Virus record (IMG/VR): IMGVR_UViG_3300031951_000113
Coordinates: 4,915 to 68,914 of that record
DNA: 64,000 bases
From: a virus
Direction: 5' to 3' (one strand)
Of the stretch, positions 37,765 through 46,702 are shown one piece after another (position 1 is the first letter of the stretch; each line of letters begins with the position of its first letter). Under the pieces are notes generated by a model. The model did no database searches, was not told where the DNA came from, and saw nothing but the letters and a program-made list of their open reading frames with translations. Both the position numbers and the translations under genes were made by a program.

Positions 37765-40212
37765 TTAGTTTTTCTCTTGCTTGAGGACAAATGTGGTGCC
37801 CTCTTGCTTGAGACAGCCTGCGTCCGTAAGTCGGTCGACAAGCTGTTGTTTTGCTTGGCCTTTCTTCCCTTTTGGGACCGACTCAGCAAAATAGTCTTCT
37901 AGGTCCGGCACACTTACTTTTGTGCAGGCCGCTAGAAAATCTGTGAGCGACACAGTATCTTTAACTGCGTCGTATGCTTGAATAGCTGATGTAATTTTTC
38001 TTGGGAGCTTTTGCTCTTGCAGACGGAACCCAGGAAGCTCCCACCCCTCGTTAACAGCCCTTTCTCTGGATAGCTCTCTAATCCCTGCAGCCCAGCTCTC
38101 CATTATGGGGGCCAACTTCAAAAGTTGCGCCAGCTCCTCAGAGTCGGCCTTGTCTCCGGTAATATCGTTTGGAACCTCAAAACCTGTCTCGGGGTATTTA
38201 TTGGCAATAAGAAGCGCCTTCTTAGCTAGTGCTGGGCACTTGGCTTGGTTTCCGCAGTAGTCGCATACCCCTGCTTGCGGGTTAAAGATCTTCCCGTCTT
38301 TCGCTCTCTTAATAATTGTTTGGAGCCGAAGTTGCATCTCAGGGAGTTGCTCCCGTTTAAATACCGCGTAGCTAACCTCATCACGCACCGGCATAAGGAA
38401 GTAAAACTCAATAGTGTCTACATCAAACTTTTGAAATGCACCAATTGTGTAAGCCCAGGCTTGGGTGTTTATCTCCGCGTCTTCGACAGCTCCGTAACCT
38501 GTTTTGTGGTCTACCAATCGCATCAGTTTTTTCGGAAACCCAAGACAAAGATCGACGGTTCCAAAAGTGCTTTCTCCACCACCCAAATCTATGTCGAATC
38601 GTACCTCTTTGTGTTTAAAAGAGTGGCCTGATTCCAGTTGTGCTACATAGTCGTAGCACTTTTGCGCGATGGCTTGTTCGTCTGGGTCGACAAGCCTAGA
38701 AATATCTTCTGCTTCGAGAGCCTCGTGGATTCTAGTTCCGCGCTCTGCCGCCCAGTTAGTCCCCTCTCTTGGGAGGTATCCTGGGCAAACTTCAAAATTC
38801 TTTAGTGCTGAGGGGCTATGTTCTGCGTGAGCTCGCGAAGCGTGATCTATTTCTGGCATTGGTGATGTTACTGTGTTGTCAGCTGGGTAATATACCCCAG
38901 CTCCGTCTTTAGACAACGAACTTTTAGATCCGTTCAAAATTTCTTGTGCTTTAATTTTTTCTTTTACAGATTTCGCTACTTTCTCTTCAACGGTGCCCTC
39001 GGCGACTAAAATTCTTTGAATGGCTGGGCTTTTTCCCCCCGCTCTATGGATTCTCCCTAGAACTTGCACCATAGATTTTGCGTTAAAGCTCGGGCTTATA
39101 AGTGCGGTTCTCGGCCTTTCTCCGGTTGTGTCGTGTAGAGAGACTCCCACTCCCCCAGCCTCCATGTTGCAAAGTATCACTCTTGAGGTGTTATTTTGGA
39201 ACCTCAAGATAGAAACTTCCCTTTCTTTTTCAGACTGTTTCCCGCGTATTACAGAAACTGTGCTTTCTGTTTTTTGCAGTCTATCTAAAATAGCGTTTAT
39301 TGTGGCGTCAAAGTTGACAAATACCGCAACATTGCGGTGTTCGTCGTTAACAATCTCCTCAATTGTATTACAAATAAGAGGCACTTTGTATAACTCCACT
39401 GCTTGCCGTGCCCTGAGTTGAGCAACCAAAGCTTTTGCTGCTGGGTTGTCGCTGTCGTCGGCCATCTCTTTTTTCAACCCCTCAAGCTCAAGCTCCATTT
39501 CCTCGTACAGCTCTTTAATTTTACCGTCGTCCGAGAAGTCTAGCGGGTCATCTATAATGAAGTTGTCCGCGAAGTGCCCTTTCATGTCGTCTACAGTCAT
39601 TCTGCCGCCCTTATTTGGCATTATTTGGTTGTGGATTTTCTCTAAAGCCCCCGTTTTCCGTCTGTCGAACTCCATTGCGCCCCATGGATTAGGTCGACAC
39701 CCGTGCGATCGGCACCAGTTCCAAAATTTAGGCAGCTCGAACAGCCCTAATAAGAACCCAACCCCCCTCAATTCGGTTGGGTCGTCTGCGATTGTCGCCG
39801 AAAGCATCAAGTTGTAGTGGCTTTTTGATGCAATCAGCATTTTTGTGTTTTGAGCGGAGGGGCTTTTGCACCTATGGGCCTCGTCCCACACTATTAAATG
39901 CTCTTCGTTTAGGCCCCACTCCCATTTTTTACTGTTCCATGCGCCTAGACCAGACTTTCCAGTGCGTAACTTTTCGTAATTTATCACGGCAGCCGAGGGA
40001 ACCCCCTGTTCTTCTAGCTCTTTTCTCCAAGCGGGGATAACTGCTTTTGGGCACACTACAACGACTGGTCTACCGAGCTTTTTGGCGACCATTATTGCGC
40101 ATAATGTTTTTCCAGTCCCCGTCGCTGAGGCATCTAAAGCCGCCTTGTTCTTTACAAGAGAACTATACAGCAGATTTATGTGCGACTGTTGTACTGGGTA
40201 CGGAGTTTTCAT
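37765..40212 (-). CDS. SNF2-like SF2 helicase fused to Cas4-like PD-(D/E)XK nuclease (DUF2800-like)
   Basis: [23 protein letters not shown]; then SPS..CPG, GT.IH, GTVD, DHKTG, Q..AY, CDYC..C. Confidence 0.85.
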   Translation of the reverse strand: MKTPYPVQQSHINLLYSSLVKNKAALDASATGTGKTLCAIMVAKKLGRPVVVVCPKAVIPAWRKELEEQGVPSAAVINYEKLRTGKSGLGAWNSKKWEWGLNEEHLIVWDEAHRCKSPSAQNTKMLIASKSHYNLMLSATIADDPTELRGVGFLLGLFELPKFWNWCRSHGCRPNPWGAMEFDRRKTGALEKIHNQIMPNKGGRMTVDDMKGHFADNFIIDDPLDFSDDGKIKELYEEMELELEGLKKEMADDSDNPAAKALVAQLRARQAVELYKVPLICNTIEEIVNDEHRNVAVFVNFDATINAILDRLQKTESTVSVIRGKQSEKEREVSILRFQNNTSRVILCNMEAGGVGVSLHDTTGERPRTALISPSFNAKSMVQVLGRIHRAGGKSPAIQRILVAEGTVEEKVAKSVKEKIKAQEILNGSKSSLSKDGAGVYYPADNTVTSPMPEIDHASRAHAEHSPSALKNFEVCPGYLPREGTNWAAERGTRIHEALEAEDISRLVDPDEQAIAQKCYDYVAQLESGHSFKHKEVRFDIDLGGGESTFGTVDLCLGFPKKLMRLVDHKTGYGAVEDAEINTQAWAYTIGAFQKFDVDTIEFYFLMPVRDEVSYAVFKREQLPEMQLRLQTIIKRAKDGKIFNPQAGVCDYCGNQAKCPALAKKALLIANKYPETGFEVPNDITGDKADSEELAQLLKLAPIMESWAAGIRELSRERAVNEGWELPGFRLQEQKLPRKITSAIQAYDAVKDTVSLTDFLAACTKVSVPDLEDYFAESVPKGKKGQAKQQLVDRLTDAGCLKQEGTTFVLKQEKN

Positions 40213-40477
40213 TATCTAATTTAGCCATTAGTCGTTGCAGCCAGTTAGATTCGCTTGTCCTAACTTTTTTAGGGCGCGCCTTAGGGCCGGGTTTTTTCTT
40301 TTTTGGCACTTTGTCGGGGCCTGAGTTTCTGTAGGGGTAGAGATCTACGTATTCGTAGGTGGTAAACTTATTTCCGCAGAACTGGCATTCTCTTCGACGG
40401 CGTTTTCTATCTCCCGTCATCCTGGAGTCCGTAATCTTAGTCGATGTTTTTTTGACGTTGCAGTGAGGGCACGTCAT
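40163..40477 (-). CDS. NrdR-like zinc-ribbon protein
   Basis: [21 protein letters not shown]; no ATP-cone. Confidence 0.75.
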   Translation of the reverse strand: MTCPHCNVKKTSTKITDSRMTGDRKRRRRECQFCGNKFTTYEYVDLYPYRNSGPDKVPKKKKPGPKARPKKVRTSESNWLQRLMAKLDNENSVPSTTVAHKSAV

Positions 40478-40674
40478 AGTTTGTCGGGCCCAAAATCGTC
40501 TTGCGAAAACATCGGCTTTCCGTTTTGATCTAGAAAAGGGAAATGCCTAAGGCACGAGTATGCTTTGTCTTTAAACTCTTGAGAGGTTTTGGGCCTAGTT
40601 TTAGAGACTAGAAGCTCTCTAAGAAACTCTCTAGTTTTTTTAAGCGCGTGGTATTGTTCGTGCCTTAAGCTCAT
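40474..40674 (-). CDS. hypothetical protein
   Basis: [16 protein letters not shown]. Confidence 0.6.
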   Translation of the reverse strand: MSLRHEQYHALKKTREFLRELLVSKTRPKTSQEFKDKAYSCLRHFPFLDQNGKPMFSQDDFGPDKL

Positions 40675-40835
40675 TTTTTTATCCGCCCGTTTGCGTCCCA
40701 CCTCCCCAGATCGCTAAGCTCCTCTGTCTTTTCTCTCCACTCTTCTCTAGACATTGTGCCTGCTATGTACATGTCGTTTATGTACCGCTGTTCTTCAGCT
40801 CTGGTTCTGTTTGGGCCCGAATCTTTTTCGTTCAT
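40671..40835 (-). CDS. hypothetical protein (not in ORF track)
   Basis: 54 aa MNEKDSGPN..RIKK; ATGA overlaps at both ends. Confidence 0.55.
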   Translation of the reverse strand: MNEKDSGPNRTRAEEQRYINDMYIAGTMSREEWREKTEELSDLGRWDANGRIKK

Positions 40836-41089
40836 AGTTCCCAGCCTGTAGACTTAGTGTAAGTGGTGTTTGTTGTTGGGTTGTATAACCAGTCTTTGCG
40901 CGGCCTGCCCCTTCTTTTTTTTGCTATCAATTGTGGGGATTTCTCCTCTGGGAAGTACCTAACAGAGTCGTAGATTCCTTTGAGCCACATTTTAAATCGC
41001 TGCTCTATGGTCTGATGCTTCCAGACTATTTGATATAGATCTGGGGTTTGTTTTTGGGTTTTGTATTTTTTTCTAGTTTGTGTTTTCAT
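40832..41089 (-). CDS. hypothetical protein with AT-hook
   Basis: KRRGRPRK. Confidence 0.6.
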   Translation of the reverse strand: MKTQTRKKYKTQKQTPDLYQIVWKHQTIEQRFKMWLKGIYDSVRYFPEEKSPQLIAKKRRGRPRKDWLYNPTTNTTYTKSTGWEL

Positions 41090-41553
41090 TTTTTTCTTTC
41101 TTGTAAATCTGCATGTCTAAATATTAGAGCTGCATCCGCGTTTGATAGGGTTATTTTTTGTGTCGGGTAGAGCCTTTGAGCTTCTGATTTTAGTTTATTT
41201 TTCCATTCGGGTTTGCTCATTCCTTTGCTGCTGCCCATTCCTAGTGCTTTTTGCCACGTTTGAGGCGTGACTAACACCAGCTGAAACTTCAAAGCCATGA
41301 GCATCCCTTTTAGCACTCCCCAGTTTGAGGCGTATGTAGCCATAGCTGAAGACGGCATTGGGTTGCCTGTAAACTTAACTAAGTTTTCTAGGTAGCATAT
41401 CCGCTCATCAGCTTCCGACATGCTGATCATTTCTATCAGGCTTAGTAAGTCCCCTTCGGTTTCCGGAAGCGGCCCAGTTAATGTTGTACCACCGCCAAAC
41501 CGGACCATGTAACCTCCGTTCGCCCCTGGGTCTATTCCTACGAGAGTTGTCAT
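41086..41553 (-). CDS. RuvC-like Holliday junction resolvase
   Basis: VGIDPG..G, YLE, TPQTWQK, ADAALI. Confidence 0.8.
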   Translation of the reverse strand: MTTLVGIDPGANGGYMVRFGGGTTLTGPLPETEGDLLSLIEMISMSEADERICYLENLVKFTGNPMPSSAMATYASNWGVLKGMLMALKFQLVLVTPQTWQKALGMGSSKGMSKPEWKNKLKSEAQRLYPTQKITLSNADAALIFRHADLQERKK

Positions 41554-41557
41554 GTTA

Positions 41558-41890
41558 TTAGGATATTATACCCAAAGCCCTCGTTGCCGCCCTTCTAGCG
41601 GCAACGGAGCATCCTTGGTCGAGCCACCACTTAATGTCCGACTCTCGGAATTTAGGTCTTCCTGCGTTCCTGATGAAAGGTAGCGGGTTTTTCTTTTGCG
41701 ACATAAAATTGTCTATGGACCTAATAGTGGTGCCCAGCCTGTTTGCTGCGCCTTTTTTGTCATAAAGGACATCATCCGCCGTTAACTCTCCGGTTGCGTC
41801 CTCCATGCTAATCTCTACGCGGCCTCCTTGGAGAACTTTTACTCTGAACGATCCGGCGCATTCCACCACTAGCTTTGGTGATATTGTCAT
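41558..41890 (-). CDS. excisionase-like HTH protein
   Basis: YDKKGAANRLG.T.RSI...LPF.R..G..KFRESDI..W. Confidence 0.7.
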   Translation of the reverse strand: MTISPKLVVECAGSFRVKVLQGGRVEISMEDATGELTADDVLYDKKGAANRLGTTIRSIDNFMSQKKNPLPFIRNAGRPKFRESDIKWWLDQGCSVAARRAATRALGIIS

Positions 41891-42072
41891 ATGACTGCGT
41901 GGTAGTGCCCTTTTTTGTCGGTTCTGATCTCGTTTAAAAGCCGCCTGAGAGCTTCCTTTGCGATTTGATCGCGAGTCAGCCCTGTTGTTTCGGAGGCTTC
42001 GTCTAATACGGTTTCATGGTGTTGTGGCAGTTCGATTGATACGCTTGTTTGTGTGTAGTGTGGAGTTGACAT
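41887..42072 (-). CDS. ribbon-helix-helix protein
   Basis: VSIELP..LDE....GLTRDQI.KEAL..L. Confidence 0.65.
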   Translation of the reverse strand: MSTPHYTQTSVSIELPQHHETVLDEASETTGLTRDQIAKEALRRLLNEIRTDKKGHYHAVI

Positions 42073-42196
42073 GTTGTGCTAGAACAGTTGAGTGTTAGGG
42101 TGCTATTGTCGGCTTGGGTTTGTGTTATCGTGGTTCATTTTTTGTATTTGGGATATTATACCAAAATCAATAAATAATTTTGGACGCATTAAATAT

Positions 42197-42412
42197 TTAT
42201 TTTGTTGTGTGACCTTCATCTGGGCGGGGTTGTCTTTCTAGAATAGTCTTGCCTTCGGTTCTGAGCTCTTTGGCAAGCCGGTATACTGCCTCTCGAAGTA
42301 GGACTGATGCGGTGAACCCCATCATTTTTGCGTAGTCTTCTAGGTCTTGATAATCTTTGCTGTCGACGATGAAGACCGCTCGCCGACGATCATCTGCTAG
42401 TTTATTTGGCAT
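42197..42412 (-). CDS. ribbon-helix-helix protein, candidate repressor
   Basis: AVFIV..Y..LE.YAK..G.T.S.LLREAV; flanked by two motif copies; downstream of int. Confidence 0.6.
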   Translation of the reverse strand: MPNKLADDRRRAVFIVDSKDYQDLEDYAKMMGFTASVLLREAVYRLAKELRTEGKTILERQPRPDEGHTTK

Positions 42413-42500
42413 GTTAGTGTTTGGTTTTCTGGTTTGATACCTGAATATGATACCCAGATATTTTTCGTGTCAACAGTTTTTTTTGGTGTTGACGGTTCTC

Positions 42501-43673
42501 TTATTTTGTACCTTTCTTTTTTGGTTTGATCGCAAACCACTTTTTAGCCTCGCTCTCAAGAGCGTTGGCCTTGTAGTTCGCTTGAACTTGTTCGGGAGAG
42601 TTTCCGCATTGCTCCGCTACTTTTGCGGCGTCTCGGAGGATTGCCATTTGGTAGGACACATATGAGTGCCGAAGTCCGTTGTGTTTCCATAGTACCTTTG
42701 CATCTTTAGACAACCTGTTCGTCATTTTGTTCGGATTTTTTGAGGGGCATATGGGGCCCTCTTTTTTTCCGCTGTAACTTTTGAGCCACAAAACGAGGTT
42801 GTCCGGCATTTGCGCAACTCTTCGGCGCTTTGTTTTTGTGTGCCTGGCGTCGAGCACAATTACTTTTTCGTCGAACAACACCGACTCCCACTCTAGTCGA
42901 GGAATCTCAGCAGATCGAGGCCCCGCAAACGCGGCGATAGCGATGTATGGCATCCAATCTTCTTCGACAGTGTCGAGAAGTTTTTGTAGCTCGGAAGGTG
43001 TGAAAATTCCTGGGGATCCAGTCGTCTCCGATTTGTATGTGGACGATTTTTCTACGGGGTTCGCCATGTTGGATGGCAACCGTTCTTTTTCTATCGCCCA
43101 GTTGAAAAGCCGCATGATCGAACTTCGATGATTTATGCGCGTTCGATTTGACCAGCTCTCATGCCCCTGAAGATACCTATCAATATCAACGGCCCGTATT
43201 GACTCCATCGGAACCTTCATGCAGTCGGCGAATTTGTTTAGGTGCCCCCTAAGCGTGGAGATGTCTCGTGGCTGGTTACCAAGTTTTTTCACGCCCTCCA
43301 TAAATTCGTCTTTGACTTTCTGGAGGGAAACTCCCGATTTAGTCTCACCGTGCATCCGCATGTAGTAATCTACGGCGTCTAGTAGAGACACGCCGTTGAG
43401 CTTTTGTTCACAGGTCTCGTAGTAGAGAGCCTTGCTGGATGAAATCGCGGTGGCCAACTGCTCTCCTTTTTTGAACTGCTCCTGCACGAGTTCGGCGTGA
43501 TTTAAGGCAGCCATCTCGTCGGAGAAACTGAGACGATGCCTTTTTCTGCCTATTGACCAGGCCACCACATACACTACCCAAGCCCCCCGGTTGGAGTTTT
43601 TATAAATGTGAACCTTCCCGTAGCGAGAAACCAGATGCTTCGGGTATTCGCCGTTTGATTTTTGTTTTGGCAT
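42501..43673 (-). CDS. int: tyrosine integrase
   Basis: AGPRSAEI (R), KTK (K), NGLRHSY, GNS, ANY (Y); likely start MPKQK. Confidence 0.9.
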   Translation of the reverse strand: MPKQKSNGEYPKHLVSRYGKVHIYKNSNRGAWVVYVVAWSIGRKRHRLSFSDEMAALNHAELVQEQFKKGEQLATAISSSKALYYETCEQKLNGVSLLDAVDYYMRMHGETKSGVSLQKVKDEFMEGVKKLGNQPRDISTLRGHLNKFADCMKVPMESIRAVDIDRYLQGHESWSNRTRINHRSSIMRLFNWAIEKERLPSNMANPVEKSSTYKSETTGSPGIFTPSELQKLLDTVEEDWMPYIAIAAFAGPRSAEIPRLEWESVLFDEKVIVLDARHTKTKRRRVAQMPDNLVLWLKSYSGKKEGPICPSKNPNKMTNRLSKDAKVLWKHNGLRHSYVSYQMAILRDAAKVAEQCGNSPEQVQANYKANALESEAKKWFAIKPKKKGTK

Positions 43674-43929
43674 AAAATTTTCTGTGCTAGTATTGACACC
43701 ACATGACAAAAAATGTTCAACGGTTTTTTTGACCGCTACCGCGATTAAAACCCCTAGTAACTCGTTGAAAGTATAGACGGACTAATGACGCAAAATACCA
43801 GAAAATTGGCGAAAAAACGGTACTTTATAACATCCTAGTGACATTCAATAATATACCACTTTTTATTTTAAATGTTTGATTTTGATATTTTTAACTTAGG
43901 TGTATTTCTAGGATATTACCCCAGTATAA

Positions 43930-43978
43930 ACGGTTTTGTAAACCGTCGGTCCTCGGTTCGAATCCGAGTGTCGGCTCC
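43930..43978 (+). mobile_element. attP core: 3' half of tRNA-Thr(UGU)
   Basis: Anticodon arm acggt-tttgtaa-accgt, T arm ctcgg-ttcgaat-ccgag, acceptor strand tgtcggc; no 5' half upstream. Confidence 0.8.
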
Positions 43979-43985
43979 CCTCCCC

Positions 43986-44018
43986 AACCCGCATGAATAC
44001 TGGCTCTGCGGGTTTTTT
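43986..44018 (+). terminator. Rho-independent terminator after attP tRNA fragment
   Basis: aacccgca..tgcgggtt followed by T-run. Confidence 0.6.
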
Positions 44019-44064
44019 CTTGTCGGATTTTTTAACCCGACAAAAACACTGACATGACACAATA

Positions 44065-44099
44065 TTGACATGTTTTATTGTTACTTGGATATTATACCT
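44065..44099 (+). promoter_or_regulatory. late promoter overlapped by 13-bp motif
   Basis: TTGACA at 44065; -10 region lies within GGATATTATACCT (44087-44099). Confidence 0.5.
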
Positions 44100-44101
44100 T
44101 T

Positions 44102-45895
44102 ATGAGTTCTATAACCGTAAACCCACCCGCACCCTCTTCAGACGTAGAACTGCAGTGGGGTGTTTGGTGGAAGAAAACTGACAATCAACTCATGCGGCAT
44201 TTGAAGGCGTTCCGGTTAGGGCCTTCAGAGATCCCAGGCGGTCTTGGTAGAGCGGGGCATTTCAAAGCCATCTCGGACATGCTTTGGGGGCCGAACAACA
44301 AAAGGAAAAAATTTGTGTGGCACCCGTGGGCGGAACGAATGCTCGAAGAAGCTTGCGAGGCTATGGAAAAACCAAAAAGTTTTTTGGCGATAGCTGGGGC
44401 CGCCAGCACGGGCAAATCTGATTTTGGGGCCGTGTGGGCAATCGTAAATTTTTTATGCTTGCCAAGCAAAACAATGGTGCTCGTGACGTCGACATCTTTG
44501 AAAGATTCTCGGAAGCGCATTTGGGGAGCTATCCGAGATTATTGGCAGGCGATACCAGGAAGAGCCCCGGGCAAGCTCGTGGACTCCGTCGGATTGATTC
44601 GTTTTGATATGGGGACGAAAGATTCGACTGGTTCAGATCGCAGTGGAATTTCTTTGATCGCTGCCGAAAAAAGTAAGGACAAGGAAGCCTACGGAAAATT
44701 GATCGGGTTTAAGGCCCCTCGCGTTTTGCTGATCGCGGACGAGCTCCCTGAGTTGGGCGAGTCTGTTGTTGGAGCGGCGTATTCCAACTTGGCGGTGAAT
44801 CCTTGGTTTCAGATGGTCGGTCTCGGAAACCCTGCAAGCTACTACGACGCTTTTGGCGTCTTCGCAAAACCTAAAGCTGGCTGGGCCTCGATAAACTCAG
44901 AGAGCGAGGAATGGGAGACTGACCGGGGGAAGTGTTTGAGGTTGGACGGCGAAAAGAGCCCTAACATTTCTGCTGGTTCGACGCTGTATCCGTGGCTGAT
45001 CACTGCAGATTTTCTGGAGCAGCAAAGAGAATCTTTGGGTGAAAACTCTAACGCGTATTGGCGAATGATTCGCGGCTACTGGAGCCCCACTGGTGCGGCT
45101 GATGGGATATATTCCGAAGCGGACATTATAAAATTTAAAGCGGATCAACCCGCGATCTGGCTGACCCCTCCGGTTAAGATTGCTGCTTTAGACCCGGCTT
45201 TTACAAATGGCGGCGATCGAACGGCTCTTTATTTTGGGTGGTACGGAGAGAATGGAGACGGGCTGAAAACTTTGTGTTTCGACCGAGTTGAGTTTTTACG
45301 TGAGGACGTAACCAAGACTTCAGTACCTAGATCCTTTCAAATAGTGCAAACTTTTAGAGACCGCTGCATCAGTAATGGTGTGGCTCCTGAAAATGCTTGT
45401 TTTGACGCCAGCGGGGCCGGGAAGCCTTTTGGGGACATTGTGGCTAGAGAGTGGTCTAATAGGGTGGTTCGAATTGATTTCGGCGGTCAAGCTAGCGAAC
45501 TCCCAGCTAGTGTTTCTGACCCCACACCTTCAAACGAGCGATACGCTAACAGAGTCACTGAGATCTGGTTCGGCGCTAAAGAACTGATGAGGACGGGGCA
45601 GATACGCGGAGTTACAGCTACCCTCGCTAGAGAGTTATGCGCTAGGACTTATTCCACTAAAAAAGGGTCTAACATGAGATTGGTAGCTGAGCCTAAGCCA
45701 GATATGAAAATGAGGATTGGGAAATCCCCCGATGAGGCCGACGCTGCGTTAATGTTAGTGGCGTTGTGTCGCGAAAAGTTTGGGTTTGGGGCGGATAGAA
45801 AGTCTGAAACTAAAAACAGTCCAACTGCTCGCAATTTAGGGGGCCTATTTAGCCGATTGAATCGCGCCAACTTGCCTAAAACCTTGTTAAGATAA
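44102..45895 (+). CDS. terL: terminase large subunit
   Basis: Walker A GAASTGKS, LIADE, LGNP, nuclease ALDPA..GGD, FDASG.G, SPDEADA. Confidence 0.9.
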   Translation: MSSITVNPPAPSSDVELQWGVWWKKTDNQLMRHLKAFRLGPSEIPGGLGRAGHFKAISDMLWGPNNKRKKFVWHPWAERMLEEACEAMEKPKSFLAIAGAASTGKSDFGAVWAIVNFLCLPSKTMVLVTSTSLKDSRKRIWGAIRDYWQAIPGRAPGKLVDSVGLIRFDMGTKDSTGSDRSGISLIAAEKSKDKEAYGKLIGFKAPRVLLIADELPELGESVVGAAYSNLAVNPWFQMVGLGNPASYYDAFGVFAKPKAGWASINSESEEWETDRGKCLRLDGEKSPNISAGSTLYPWLITADFLEQQRESLGENSNAYWRMIRGYWSPTGAADGIYSEADIIKFKADQPAIWLTPPVKIAALDPAFTNGGDRTALYFGWYGENGDGLKTLCFDRVEFLREDVTKTSVPRSFQIVQTFRDRCISNGVAPENACFDASGAGKPFGDIVAREWSNRVVRIDFGGQASELPASVSDPTPSNERYANRVTEIWFGAKELMRTGQIRGVTATLARELCARTYSTKKGSNMRLVAEPKPDMKMRIGKSPDEADAALMLVALCREKFGFGADRKSETKNSPTARNLGGLFSRLNRANLPKTLLR

Positions 45896-45952
45896 AAAAA
45901 ATTTGACAGTTGCTGAAGTGCAGTTCAATAATATCTGTTTAACATACCATCC

Positions 45953-46693
45953 ATGATCATTGTAATTCCCGCATCCAGCGAAGACGCTGTCACAGAAAAA
46001 GGTTTGGAGGCCCTTATCAAATTTGGGCCGTATCAAAACCACGAAGCTGTAGTTGTAGCCAAGCCGTCCGACGAGGCTAACCTTAAAGTCGTGTTTGACA
46101 AGGTCCAGAATCTTTTTTCTAAAGTCTCCGCTTATGTTTTCAGCCAAGACGGCCCTTCCATCCCCCCACTAGACATCAATTTTTGTTGGTTTAACTCTGC
46201 GCATTACTTGAAGTATGTTGCTAATAGCGCGGCCCCCTGGCTTTGGTTTGGAGCTCAGGCTACGCCGTTGAAGTCGGGTTGGCTGGACTCTTTAGAGTCC
46301 GAGTATAACTTAGCTAAAATGCCTTTCTTGGGGGCGCTTGTGGACACTGAGCTAGTATCTGCTGATGGAGCTACGTATAAGGAAGGGCAACACTTAGTCA
46401 GGTCCGCAGTATACTCTCAAGACTACCTCCCTAACTCTTCTTTGGCGGCACACTCCCCGATGTTCCCCATCAATTATGAGGTATTCTGCCAAAACGAAAT
46501 AGTTCCTATGGCTCACAACACTTCTTTAATTCAAGTAGATGGCGATGTTAAACCTTCTTCTGTATTGTACCACGGAGCCTTAAAAGAATTTGTTCTGGAG
46601 CCTACGGAAAGTTCGGTGAAACGTTCGGTGAAACTTTCGGTGAAACGTTCGGTGAAAGCCGAAGAACAACCTGAAAAAGCCGCCGTAGAGTGA
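45953..46693 (+). CDS. hypothetical protein
   Basis: 246-aa ORF preceded by TTGACA at 45903. Confidence 0.7.
   Translation: MIIVIPASSEDAVTEKGLEALIKFGPYQNHEAVVVAKPSDEANLKVVFDKVQNLFSKVSAYVFSQDGPSIPPLDINFCWFNSAHYLKYVANSAAPWLWFGAQATPLKSGWLDSLESEYNLAKMPFLGALVDTELVSADGATYKEGQHLVRSAVYSQDYLPNSSLAAHSPMFPINYEVFCQNEIVPMAHNTSLIQVDGDVKPSSVLYHGALKEFVLEPTESSVKRSVKLSVKRSVKAEEQPEKAAVE
46611..46658 (+). repeat. 4 x 12-bp in-frame tandem repeat (SVKR)
   Basis: (g/t)ttcggtgaaa(c/g) x4. Confidence 0.9.
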
Positions 46694-46702
46694 TTGGCGT
46701 TT

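Noticed and set aside
37765-38859. Cas4-like domain as evidence of CRISPR-Cas
   Set aside because: No array or other cas genes seen; context is phage replication and recombination.
43930-43978. Functional tRNA-Thr gene
   Set aside because: D arm and 5' acceptor strand are absent; better explained as attP.
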